Source: an uncultured Lachnospiraceae bacterium
GTDB lineage: Bacteria > Bacillota > Clostridia > TANB77 > CAG-508
Direction: 5' to 3'
NCBI GenBank assembly: GCA_964563525.1
Contig: CAZLWI010000002.1
Location: 1-37,563 of the forward strand
Length of the DNA stretch: 37,563 nucleotides
Below are positions 9,974-20,700 of this stretch, piece by piece. A program made the position numbers and the translations under genes. The first letter of the stretch is position 1. Each line of letters begins with the position of its first letter. Under the pieces are notes generated by a model. That model was given only the letters and a program-made list of their open reading frames with translations, had not been told where the DNA came from and did not search any database.

Positions 9974-12836
9974 TTGAAAGAAAATAAATTAGAAACAACT
10001 GAAAAAGATAATAAATTTTCAGAAAAAACACCAGATAAAAAAGAATAAGTTTAAGAAAGCTAGAATAATATTAGTTCTAATAAGTATTTTGGTAATTGGT
10101 ATTCTTTCTTTTATTATTCAAAGAAGTGAATATTTAAGTCATTTAGAAGCAGGTAGCCAATATCTAAAAATATATAGAATGCGCGAGCTAGAAAAGTTTT
10201 TAATATTTGCTTTTAATTTTGTAATAGTTTTCTTTTTAATGTATTTTACAACAAGAAAAATGCAAAGTAATTTAAAAGATTTTTTTATTAAAGAAGAAAA
10301 AGAATTCCCTAATTTACCAAAAAAATCTATTTCATTTGTAATTGCATTAGTATTATCGTTAATAGCACAAATAGCTTTTGCAGGTGATTTTTTAAAATTA
10401 TTTAATATGTCTTGGTTTGGTAAAAAAGATCCTATAATGGGAATGGATTACTCTTATTATATTTTAGTAATCCCGATAATTAAAAAGTTTTTATTATATT
10501 TACTATCAGTTAACATTATAACTTTAATTTATGTAGTTATTTATAATATATTAACTATTAATATTAAATTAGACGGAATAGAGTTAGCTAAATTAAAAAA
10601 CAGTAAAATATCTAAACAGGTAGGAAATATTATTATTTCACTATTAGTTTTATTATCATTATTAATATTTACTTTTATACCTAATATATTAGTTGGTGAT
10701 ATGTTTAAAACTCAAGGTAAAGATTCTTTTTATCTTACAGGTGCCTCATTCACAGATATTTATTTTAAAGTTATAGGATATATTATATTGCCATTTTTAA
10801 TTATGATAACATTTTTCAAATTTAAAAAAGCAGTAAAATTAAACAACTATAGTAAAGCGATAAAATTGGTTTTAGTAATACCAATATATATATTGATAAT
10901 ATATTTGTTAGTGTTTCTAGTTCAAATAACTTGGATTAATCGTGATAGACTAAATAATGAATCTAAATATATAAGACAAAATATTATAGAAACAAAAACA
11001 GCATTTAATTTAGACTTAGAAGATAGGGTAATAGAGAAGTCTGAAATATTAGACTCTACAACAATATTACAAAATCAAAAAACAGTAAATTCAATACCTA
11101 TAGTTGCGAAAGAAATAGTAAATCAAACATTAAATGAAAATGATACTAATTTTAAAACATATAAATATAATAACTCTCAATTAATTAATAATTTTGATTC
11201 TGTAAATAAATTAGTATATTTTACGCCTAGAGAAATAGATTCTAAAAAATCAAATAATGGTTCAATAGATTATACACATGGTAATTATGGAATAATTACA
11301 GAAGCTACTAATGTAGATGAAAAAGGTGGTATAGATTATGTTGATAGAACTTATACTAAACAGTTTTTTAAGAATATCATGATTGAAGAACCTAGAATAT
11401 ATTATGGAACTGAAACAGACTCAATTGTATTAACAAAAACTAAATCAGGTCCAGAATATGATTTCCCTATTACTACTTCAAAAGTAGAAAAGAATACTTA
11501 TGAAGGTGTAGGAGGATTAAAGTTAAAGGTTTTAGATAGATTAGTTTTAGGGATTAAGACATCTTCTCCAAACATAATATTTAATTCTAAAATAAAAGAA
11601 GATACAAAAATATTATTTAATAGGAATATAACAAAAAGAGCAAAAAATATTTTGCCAGAGATTCAATATGATAAAAATCCATATATGATAGTATCTGAAA
11701 ATGGTAGATTAATATGGGTATTAGATGGATATACAACATCTGCCAAATATCCATATTCACAAAAGTTACCTGTACCAACAACAGATAATAGAATTAGAAA
11801 AATAAACTATATTAGAAATTCTGTTAAAGTATTAATTGATGCATATGATGGTACAATTGATTTTTACATAGATAAAACAGACCCTATAATATTAAATATT
11901 GATAATGTATTTAAAAATACATTTAAATCAATAGATGAAATACCAAAAAGTTTAAGTAAACAATTTACATATCCTAGATTTATGTATGATATACAATCTG
12001 AGGTTATTAGAAAGTATCATACAGCTGAGAATGATATTTTCTTTAGTGGTGAAGATGTTTGGGAATTCTCGTTATTAGATGATCAATCAAATAAGATTAG
12101 AGAAAAGAAATTAAATTATACAATATATAAGAATTTTGATAATAAAGATGATGGAATTGGATATTTAACTATATTTACACCTTATGGTAGACAAAATATT
12201 AATGCATATTTAATAGGTGAATATGAAGAAGGAAAACCTAAATTAAGACTTTATCAATATTCTAAAAATGATAATATACCAGGAATTGAATTTATTAAAA
12301 CACAAATTAGATCAGAAAAATTAATTAAAGAAGAACTAGAAGAATTAAACGTTATTGGAACAGAAATAAAATCATATCCTATGTTAATTCCAATTAATAA
12401 TTCTATGCTTTATGTTGAACCTATTTATCAAGTATATGTAAATAGAAATAATTATGCTATTTTAAAGAAAATAATAGTTGCAAATGGCAATAAAGTTGGA
12501 ATTGGAAATAATATTCAATCAGCAATTACAAATCTATTTTCAGATTTAGCTATTAATATTGATATTCATGATCCCCTAGATAGAGAGCTAATTATTGAAG
12601 CAATAATTAGAACAAATCTAGCTTTAGAAAAATCAATGACATCAGGCAATCTAGAAAATATAGGTAAATATACTCAAGAATTAAATTTATTGATTAATCA
12701 ATTAAAAGAATTAGATGAAAGATTATTAAAGAAGGCAGATACTAGTAAAAACAAGACAAATATTACAAATCAGAATAATAAAACAGACAAAAAAGATATA
12801 ACAGAAAAAAACAAAAATATTATAAAAGAAAATTAA
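9974..12836 (+). CDS. UPF0182 family multi-pass membrane protein; 5' end frame-broken in an A6 run (10037-10042)
   Basis: The protein is about 950 aa, with an N-terminal block of TM helices followed by a large soluble domain, as is typical of UPF0182. A GGGGG RBS plus TTG at 9974 opens a 24-codon ORF that stops at 10046-10048. The main frame (track start TTG 10089) is open from 9993 and encodes KKNKFKKARIILVLISILVIGILSF. The track start would therefore cut the first TM helix in half. Confidence 0.7.
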
Positions 12837-12891
12837 TTTTATCATTAATTTATCTTTTATAAAACATAAATGTATCAAAGCACTGTAAATA

Positions 12892-12920
12892 TTGAATTTC
12901 AAGCATAAATATGTTAAAAT
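12892..12920 (+). promoter_or_regulatory. sigma-A-type promoter (TTGAAT-17 nt-TAAAAT, with extended TG)
   Basis: TTGAAT is at 12892-12897, the spacer is 17 nt, and TGtTAAAAT ends at 12920. The promoter lies about 40 nt upstream of the ORF starting at 12961. Confidence 0.45.
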
Positions 12921-12960
12921 ATAATATATAATTAAAAAATAAAATACGAAAGGAAAAATT

Positions 12961-13128
12961 ATGGAAGAAGAAATTACTCAAGAAGAAAAAGAGGAATTAG
13001 CTGCTAATTTAGTTGAACTAGAAGAATTACAAGGGGATTTGGAAGAAAAAAATAAAGAATTAGATGATAAAATAGCTGAATTACAAGCTAGAATTGAAAA
13101 GTTAGGATTGTTAGAGGAGGAAGAATAA
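12961..13128 (+). CDS. small acidic helical protein (55 aa), not in the supplied ORF track
   Basis: ATG follows an AAAGGA RBS. The product is MEEEITQEEKEELAANLVELEELQGDLEEKNKELDDKIAELQARIEKLGLLEEEE*. Its last codons (GAGGAGG) form the RBS of the next gene, and its stop lies 1 nt before ATG 13130. Confidence 0.5.
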   Translation: MEEEITQEEKEELAANLVELEELQGDLEEKNKELDDKIAELQARIEKLGLLEEEE

Positions 13129-13129
13129 T

Positions 13130-14308
13130 ATGGCATATGATGAAGAAAGAGGCCAAGATGACTTTAAAACAATGCAAAGAAGATATCTTAATGCACATAA
13201 AAAAATAGCAGAAATAAACGAGAAAATTCAAGAATTAAATGCAGAGATAGAAAGAATAGCAACTGAAATGGATCAACTTGAGCTTGAACAAAAAAGCATT
13301 ATGGATTCTGATAAGAGAATAGAGAATATAGCAAGATACAATAAATTAAAAGAAGATTTAGGTGAAGTTGCTGCTAAAAGATTAAAATTAGAAAGAAATA
13401 TTGGTGAATCAAGAGAAAGAATAGATCTGGAAAGACAAACATTTACTGAAAGAATTCCTGGAGGTAAAGAGCTTTTGGATGATATGAGAAAAGCCGATTT
13501 ACAAACAAGAAAAAATATTAGAATTATAGATGTTGCAAAAAGAGGAAGAGCTGCAGCGGGTAATTTAAAAAGCACAAAAGAATTATATAAAACAATTGAT
13601 ATGGATCCAGACTTAAAAGCGAACTTACATAATATTGTGAAAAATCAAAATAGATATTTAGAACTTTTAGAAAAACAAGAAAAAGGAACAATAACAACTA
13701 AAGAATTGGAAGAATTAGCTAATGTCAAAAATCTTTATTCTCAAAACAAAGCTGATTTAGAAAAATATTGCCAAGAAAATGAATTTAAAGATTTTGATAT
13801 AGATGATTTTGAAAAGAAGTTACTATCAAGAAAAGGGATAACTATAGAAGAATCTTTTGAAGAGATGATTGAAGAAAAAGAATCAGAATTAGATGATTTA
13901 CTTTTAGAGAAAAATACAATTGAACAATATTATCAAACTAAAGTATTAGAAATAGAACCTGAAACATTAGAACAACAAGTAGAAGAAGAATTAGACGAAG
14001 AATATGAACTTCTTGAACCAACTTTATGGCAAAAATTTAGAGGTGGAGCAAGTAATTTCTTTAATAAAGTACGCAACTATTTTAGAAGAGATGAAGAAGA
14101 GGAAGAACAACCAGAAATAGAAGAACCAGAGACAGAAGAAATATCAGATAAATTTAAAGATAAAATTCAAAAATCAGAGTTCTTCAAACAAGAATTGGCA
14201 GCAGCTGCAAAAGGCGAAGATAAAGAAATAGAAGAAGTAATTACAAGAGCTAAAGAAGAAGCAAGAAGAAGAAGAGAAGAACAAAATAATGATGAACTAG
14301 AAAGATAA
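13130..14308 (+). CDS. E/K-rich coiled-coil protein of unknown function
   Basis: This is a 392-aa ORF with a strong GAGGAGG RBS. It has heptad-like charged sequence throughout and an acidic C-terminal third. I recognised no enzymatic motif. Confidence 0.6.
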   Translation: MAYDEERGQDDFKTMQRRYLNAHKKIAEINEKIQELNAEIERIATEMDQLELEQKSIMDSDKRIENIARYNKLKEDLGEVAAKRLKLERNIGESRERIDLERQTFTERIPGGKELLDDMRKADLQTRKNIRIIDVAKRGRAAAGNLKSTKELYKTIDMDPDLKANLHNIVKNQNRYLELLEKQEKGTITTKELEELANVKNLYSQNKADLEKYCQENEFKDFDIDDFEKKLLSRKGITIEESFEEMIEEKESELDDLLLEKNTIEQYYQTKVLEIEPETLEQQVEEELDEEYELLEPTLWQKFRGGASNFFNKVRNYFRRDEEEEEQPEIEEPETEEISDKFKDKIQKSEFFKQELAAAAKGEDKEIEEVITRAKEEARRRREEQNNDELER

Positions 14309-14326
14309 TTAAACTAAATTAATTTT

Positions 14327-14371
14327 TTGACCTTATATCATTTTATAGATGGATATAGGGTCAATTTTTTT
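14327..14371 (+). terminator. rho-independent terminator
   Basis: TTGACCTTATATC (14327-14339) pairs with GATATAGGGTCAA (14352-14364), including one G:U pair, and is followed by T7. Confidence 0.75.
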
Positions 14372-14404
14372 ATGTTAAAATGATAAAATTAACATTAATC
14401 ATAA

Positions 14405-14433
14405 TTGATAAAACTTTTTGGCTATGATATATT
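14405..14433 (+). promoter_or_regulatory. sigma-A-type promoter (TTGATA-17 nt-TATATT, extended TG); near-identical copy at 28689-28717
   Basis: TTGATA is at 14405-14410, the spacer is 17 nt, and TGaTATATT ends at 14433. Confidence 0.5.
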
Positions 14434-14450
14434 TTATACAAGGGAATACA

Positions 14451-14576
14451 ATGGATACAAAAGACGAAGAAGGTATTAAAGACTTAGAAACGAATAAATT
14501 AATTGATCTATATAAAGAAGTTGCAGACTTTATATCTTTTTTGTATGAAGAACAAAAGAAAAATGAGGAAGGCTGA
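14451..14576 (+). CDS. small acidic helical protein (41 aa), not in the supplied ORF track
   Basis: ATG follows an AAGGGA RBS. The product is MDTKDEEGIKDLETNKLIDLYKEVADFISFLYEEQKKNEEG*. Its TGA overlaps the next ATG (TGATG), and GAGGAAGG inside its 3' end serves as the downstream RBS. Confidence 0.45.
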   Translation: MDTKDEEGIKDLETNKLIDLYKEVADFISFLYEEQKKNEEG

Positions 14577-16180
14577 TGAGTTATTCCAATGAAATTATTG
14601 AGAAGATAGGAGTAAAAAAAGAAATTTTATCTACTCTTCCTACTAACAACAAAAGAAATAAGGCAAATTATACAAAGGAAGTTCAAGAAACATTATCTGA
14701 GTTTGAAAGATTAGAAAAACAAATTTATGATGAAATTAAACTTAGATATTCAGAAATTGATAAAATAGATCAAAAGGATAACCTATCTCAAATTCAAAGT
14801 GAATTAAATAATATTTCGTCTATTATATATCTTTTAAATGATATAAGTTCTTCATATGAAAAAATGGAACTAGATAAAAAAATCCATAAACTAAAATATT
14901 ATTATATGAATAATTTAGAAGAAATCAATTCTGTTATTATTAATGCTATTTTAAAATTCAAAGAATTAGGTATTATATTAACAGAAGATGACTTTGCATA
15001 TAGTAAATATGCTAAAGAATATATTTCTCTTTTTATTTATGGTATTAAAATTAAAAAATTAGATTTAGAAGCTATTCAACAAAAATTTGAATCTGTATAT
15101 TGGAAATCACCAGATATTATTACACATATTGAACTTAATTTAAGACATTTATATATTAAAAATCAAAAGAAAATTGATAAGTATTTTGAAGATAAAAAGA
15201 AGTATATTATTACAACAATGAAATCAAATATAATATATAATAGATACTATAAATTAATTAAAGATAAAAATAATATTATTGAAAATGATTCATATAAAAT
15301 TATTCATGGATTTTTAGATGGTGAATCAACACCTTTAGAATATACTGAAAAGGCAATGCATGATACATATTCAAAATATATTTCTGACATATTTTTAGAA
15401 ACTATTTTAAACACACCAAAACATGATGAATTAGATTTAAATCTAATGAAATTAAAGAATGCTGTATATGAATATAAGCAAATATTAAAATATAAATATG
15501 TTATTGATAATATTAAATCAAGATATGAAGAAAATAAAGAAAATAAGAAACTAAAAGTTGAAGAAAATAAAATTCTTAGTGATATTATGAAAAAAGAAAA
15601 GAAGGTTATTGCATTAACTAAAAAGACAGAAAAGACTAGATTTAATAAAAAAACAGATGAATCTTTGTTTGTTCAACAAAACAATCTAATTAAAGAAATC
15701 AAAGAACTATATAAGGATTATGATAGAGTTAGAATAGATAATATTATTTTGGACAATATTAATGAAGCTTCTAATCTTGAAGATGTATTTAAAATTGCTT
15801 CTTCATTTTATCGAGAATTATTTATGGTTACAAAAACAGAGTTTCCAGAAATGTCAGAAGAAGAAATAGATGAAATGGTTAAAGATTTAAAAGATTTTAT
15901 TAATTGGCCATATAATATATTAACAAATAATAGCAATATTAATGAAGAGAAAAGTTTACTTTATATTATTAAAGATAGATATAGTTTAATGAATATTAAT
16001 ATAACAGAAGAAATGTTAGAAGCATCAGCTTTGGATACATTACTGGAAGATCTAACTAGATTTGAAAAATATTATTACATTAGAAAAAACAATATTAGTA
16101 TAGAAAAGATGATTAATTTTTGCAATTTAAAGTCCTTAATTGATCGAGTAGACAAAGAAAAAGAAGAGAAATCTAAATAA
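14576..16180 (+). CDS. hypothetical helical protein (534 aa, K/E/N/I-rich)
   Basis: This is a long ORF translationally coupled to the preceding small ORF. I recognised no family motif. Confidence 0.6.
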   Translation: MSYSNEIIEKIGVKKEILSTLPTNNKRNKANYTKEVQETLSEFERLEKQIYDEIKLRYSEIDKIDQKDNLSQIQSELNNISSIIYLLNDISSSYEKMELDKKIHKLKYYYMNNLEEINSVIINAILKFKELGIILTEDDFAYSKYAKEYISLFIYGIKIKKLDLEAIQQKFESVYWKSPDIITHIELNLRHLYIKNQKKIDKYFEDKKKYIITTMKSNIIYNRYYKLIKDKNNIIENDSYKIIHGFLDGESTPLEYTEKAMHDTYSKYISDIFLETILNTPKHDELDLNLMKLKNAVYEYKQILKYKYVIDNIKSRYEENKENKKLKVEENKILSDIMKKEKKVIALTKKTEKTRFNKKTDESLFVQQNNLIKEIKELYKDYDRVRIDNIILDNINEASNLEDVFKIASSFYRELFMVTKTEFPEMSEEEIDEMVKDLKDFINWPYNILTNNSNINEEKSLLYIIKDRYSLMNINITEEMLEASALDTLLEDLTRFEKYYYIRKNNISIEKMINFCNLKSLIDRVDKEKEEKSK

Positions 16181-16193
16181 AAGTATTAATAAT

Positions 16194-16243
16194 AAAAACT
16201 GCCCTTAGAAGTTGGATAAATCTAACTAAAAGAGGGCAGTTTT
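16194..16243. terminator. bidirectional hairpin terminator between convergent genes
   Basis: AAAACTGCCCT (16195-16205) pairs with AGGGCAGTTTT (16233-16243), and an inner TTAGA/TCTAA pairing extends the stem. A-run and T-run flanks allow termination in both directions. Confidence 0.65.
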
Positions 16244-16260
16244 AATATAATAAAAGATAT

Positions 16261-17439
16261 TTATTGATCACTATAGTTATCAAAATAGCCTTTAACATAC
16301 ACAATTGGTGTACCTTTATCACCAGAACCACTAACTAAATCACATAAACTTCCTAATAAATCTATAATTCTTCTTGGTGTTGTTCCTAAAGAACTTTGTT
16401 TTTCTTTTTTGTTTTCTTCTATTTTTTTAATAATTTCTTGTTGTTTTTCATCATCATCTAAATTTTTAAATTCATTATCTGCAAAGTATTTTAATTTAAT
16501 TTCATTTGGTGTACCAATAAGTTTGTCTGTATACCCAGGAGTTACTACAGGATCAGCAAGTTCCCAAATATGACCTACTGGATCTTTAAAAGCACCATCA
16601 CCAAATACTAAAACTTGAGGAGCAATACCTGTTTTTTCTTTAAATTTATTTTGAACTTTCCTAACAAAGATATCAGAATCTTTAGGGAAAAGTTTTAAAG
16701 AATCAGGAGTAGATGTATTAGAACCATAAAGTCCATATTCTTCATTATATCCGCTATTATTAATTGATTTATTTAAAATATCTGCTAAAGTAAATACTTT
16801 TGTTGCTCCATTTGATTTAAATATTTGTTTTAATCTTTCTCTATCATGAATATTTGCAATTAATATTTCCTTATTTTTTTCTAATATTTTTAAAGGATTA
16901 TTAGTTAAGAAAATTTTAATATTATCATTAATTGCATAAGATTTATATAATTGAATATAGTCAAGGTTAGTAAAATCATGTAAATATCCACCATCTGTAA
17001 GTTTATAATATTCTTCTTCATTTAGAATATCATTAGAAGTAGAAATGTTTTTATGTAATATTGTATCTTCACTCATTAAACGATTACCAACTTCATCATG
17101 TGGAAAATTCAAGAATATATTTATCTTCTTATTTGTCATAGCAAGACCTTTTAATATAATAGCAAATCTATTTCTTGACATAATAGGAAAGACAATAGCA
17201 AATTCTTCTCCAAACATATTTTGTACAAAATCTCTAATATCTTCTACAGTACAATAATTACCCTGAGATCTAGCAAGCAAAGATTCAGTAATACCAATAA
17301 CATCAGTGTCTTTTAATTCTAAATTGTTTTGTTTTATAGCATCTAGAACAGACTCAACTGTAATACCCACTAAATCATCACCTTGTTTAATAATTTTTGT
17401 TCTAACTCCATAAACTGAAGTTCCAACCATTCTTTTCAT
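16261..17439 (-). CDS. CofE-like protein (F420-0:gamma-glutamyl ligase family fold)
   Basis: I prefer the start at the Met of MKRMVGTS (17439), which has an AAAGGAG RBS. The track starts 9 codons earlier at a TTG. The N-terminus GVRTKIIKQGDDLVGI...DVIGITESLLARSQGNY and the C-terminus GSGDKGTPIVYVKGY resemble the conserved ends of CofE. Confidence 0.5.
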   Translation of the reverse strand: MKRMVGTSVYGVRTKIIKQGDDLVGITVESVLDAIKQNNLELKDTDVIGITESLLARSQGNYCTVEDIRDFVQNMFGEEFAIVFPIMSRNRFAIILKGLAMTNKKINIFLNFPHDEVGNRLMSEDTILHKNISTSNDILNEEEYYKLTDGGYLHDFTNLDYIQLYKSYAINDNIKIFLTNNPLKILEKNKEILIANIHDRERLKQIFKSNGATKVFTLADILNKSINNSGYNEEYGLYGSNTSTPDSLKLFPKDSDIFVRKVQNKFKEKTGIAPQVLVFGDGAFKDPVGHIWELADPVVTPGYTDKLIGTPNEIKLKYFADNEFKNLDDDEKQQEIIKKIEENKKEKQSSLGTTPRRIIDLLGSLCDLVSGSGDKGTPIVYVKGYFDNYSDQ

Positions 17440-17716
17440 ATCTACTCCTTTAATAAATAATAGCAATTTAAATATATATTTATACTTAAATTTATATACC
17501 TAAATGCAATTTTATTATATTTTAAGTTTTAATATATTGCAAACCAAAATATATTTTTTAAGTGAGAAAAAATCATAGAATAAAATTGCTTGAAAGCCAT
17601 ATTCTAAAAGCTTTTAAATATATTACATATTCTTTACAAATACTCGGATTTTACTGAATAAAACAAGCAAATATGCTATTCTAAATTTAAGATAATGGGC
17701 TTAATTTAAGGTAGAA

Positions 17717-20700
17717 ATGTTTAAAAAGAAAATAGCAAAAAAGTCAAATAATAAAAAAATCTTTAAAAAGAAGAATACTAGAATATATATTTTAGTAGGT
17801 CTATTAATTTTATTCTTTTTACAATTTCTTGCATTAGGTCTTTCACAAGCACAAAAATTAATTGAAATGAGTATTGAAGTTATAGATTTAGAAACTAAAG
17901 TAGAAAATAGGAACATAGTTTTAAATGCTATCAATTCAGGTGAAAGTGGATATTATTTATTACTTCCAGATAAAATTGAAAATATATATGTAACTGAATA
18001 TGAGATAGAAAAAAGTGAAATTAATACTACAGAGACTGATAATATTAAAGAAACAGTTTTACCAAATACTAAATTATTTTTATCTCAAGATGAAGTTAAT
18101 TCACAAAATATACAGCTAAAAGTAATATATAATTCGAAAAAGGTTAAAGAAGAAACACTATATTATCAGGACATATATCCATCAGGTTTTAAAGAATCTG
18201 AAGTTAAGATGTCTAATGTAAAAATAACAGGATTTATGCCATTAGATATTTCTTTAAATATTACAGAAGAAGAAAAACCTGAACTTACTTCATTATTAAG
18301 AGAAAATATAGAGAGTGATCAACAAATAAACAAAACAATTAAATTTGATTTTACTTATAATAATGAAAAATATAATTTGAATACAGAAGCAAAAGAACAA
18401 TTAAAAGTATCAATTTATCCTATTGATCAAGATAGAATATATTCTGTATATTCTTTAAACAAGAAAGCAGAATATATAGATCAAGAAAATGTAGTAGATG
18501 CTTTAAATAGACCAATTAATACATATAATATCACAGAATTAACAGAGGTATCTTCTAATCAAGAAGTTCTAGAGATTGGTATAAATACAATAGAATATTT
18601 AGGTTTAGTATCAAAACCCAATAATATGATATTAATGCAAAGATCTTCAAATATTGGTATTAGAGGTATGGAAACACCTACTGATTTTAACTCATCTACA
18701 GGTACAAATGTTTGGGATGGAAGTACTTCTACATCTTTTATAGGTGCAGGAACACAAGCAAATCCATATTTAATTACATCTGGTGCAGATCTATCATATT
18801 TAAGAGATAGAGTTAATTCTGGAACAACATTTGAAAATAATTATTTTCAATTAACAAATAATATAGATTTAGATAATCGAGAATGGCAACCTATTGGAGA
18901 CTATAATAACTCTTTTAGAGGTAATTTTGATGGTTCTGGAAGAGTAATTAAAAATTCAAATATTATAGTTTCAACTTCTTTACCAACTTCTGTTGTATAT
19001 TCATATGGTTTTTTTGGTTCAATAGGTGGAGGAAATTCGAGACAGATTATTAAAAATTTAGAAATAGATAATATATCAATTCAGATTAGAGTTTCTGGTA
19101 ATACAACAACTTCAACAACAGATAGAATATTTGGTATTAATATTGGAACTTTAGCTGGAACAATGTTTAGAAATTCAAGTATAGTAAATTCAAATATTAG
19201 AAATATGAGTATATCTGATTCTGGATATACAATAAATATTAGATCATATAGATTCCAATATTTAATTGGAGGTATGGTTGGTGAAGCAATTGGAGGAGCA
19301 TATCAAACAGGAGATCCTGGTACTACTTCTAGATATAATATAAGTAATTCAGTTGTATCTGGTAATATTAATATACAATCTTATCCTAGAAATTATTCTA
19401 CAGGAGGACAATTTGTTGTAGGTGGAATAATAGGAAGAATAAGATCACAACCTGTATTGCCAGAAAATTCAGTATTCACAGGAAGAATAAATTCTAGCAA
19501 CTCGTTTATTGGACCAATATATGGTCAATTAAGAAATAATACTAATGTTACAGGAACTTTTCTTTTTGATGCATTGTGGCAAGGTAATGATGCAGGATCA
19601 GTTATTTGTTCTAGTAAATATAATGCAACATATTTAAATAATTATACATTTACTAATACAGAAATATCAGGAACTTCTAATTCTAGAATAAGTGGAAATG
19701 CAAATGGTGTAGGATATGTACAAGGAATTAACAAGGGTATATATGATAATAACAATAATGGAATATTGTTAGATCTTAATAATTCAGCAGATAGTGCTGA
19801 TGTTAAATGGGAGTATAGTAGTTCTACAGGTTTTGTATTAAGAAATAGATTAAGAACAAATGTAATAGAAAATCCTGAATTTACATATTCTGTTGTTATA
19901 GATGATACATATACTACGTCTGGTTATAGTTACCAGTGGGATTTAAATGGAAGTATTAATGCAAATACTACTTCAGTACATGTATTAACTGAACCAAATT
20001 ATGATAATGATATAAATGTAATTACAATAACAAAAGATATAAATGGATATTATTCTGTATTTAGATTTAAAATACCAAGAATATATGTTGAAATTAATTT
20101 TAATATTAATAATGCAAATAATTCTGTTGAAGCAACTATTACTGGTCCTGGTATGGCTTTTACTTCATATGCTGATTATACATTTCAATGGTATACAGAA
20201 GATATAACAGGATATGAGCAAAATGCAATTGAAGGTGCAAATGATAGATTTTTAGCTGGTCTTGATACAAAATATGATTATAAATTAGTAGCTACAAATA
20301 CTGTAATACCACAACTTACAATAGAAGGTTCATTTACATATGCAGATAGAACAGTTGTATATGTGAATGAAGCTAGTGGTTCTAACTATAATGATGGGTT
20401 TGCACCAGATAGGGCTGTACAAAACTTTACAACAGCTTATGGAAAATTAAGAACAAATGGTAATAGAGATGAAAATATTATTGTTGTAATGGGTAGAATT
20501 AGAAATAATGATATATTTACAGGTGAAAATAGTTCAACATTTAGAAAAAATGTAACAATAACAGGTGTATATAAGAGAACTGATTATGAAGGAATTCTTC
20601 ATTTACATGGAGAATCAACATATAAATATATGAATGGTGATACAACATTTATGTATTTAATAATAGATGGTATTGAACAAACATATAGTTGGTGGAGTGG

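Noticed and set aside
10037-10042. Transcriptional slippage at the A6 run as the mechanism restoring the UPF0182 frame.
   Set aside because: Productive RNA-polymerase slippage usually needs longer runs (about 9 or more). A6 is more consistent with a homopolymer miscall or a simple mutation.
17467-17716. Promoter for the giant adhesin gene.
   Set aside because: Several weak TTGxxx / TAxxxT combinations exist, but none has good spacing or an extended -10. I could not support a specific call.
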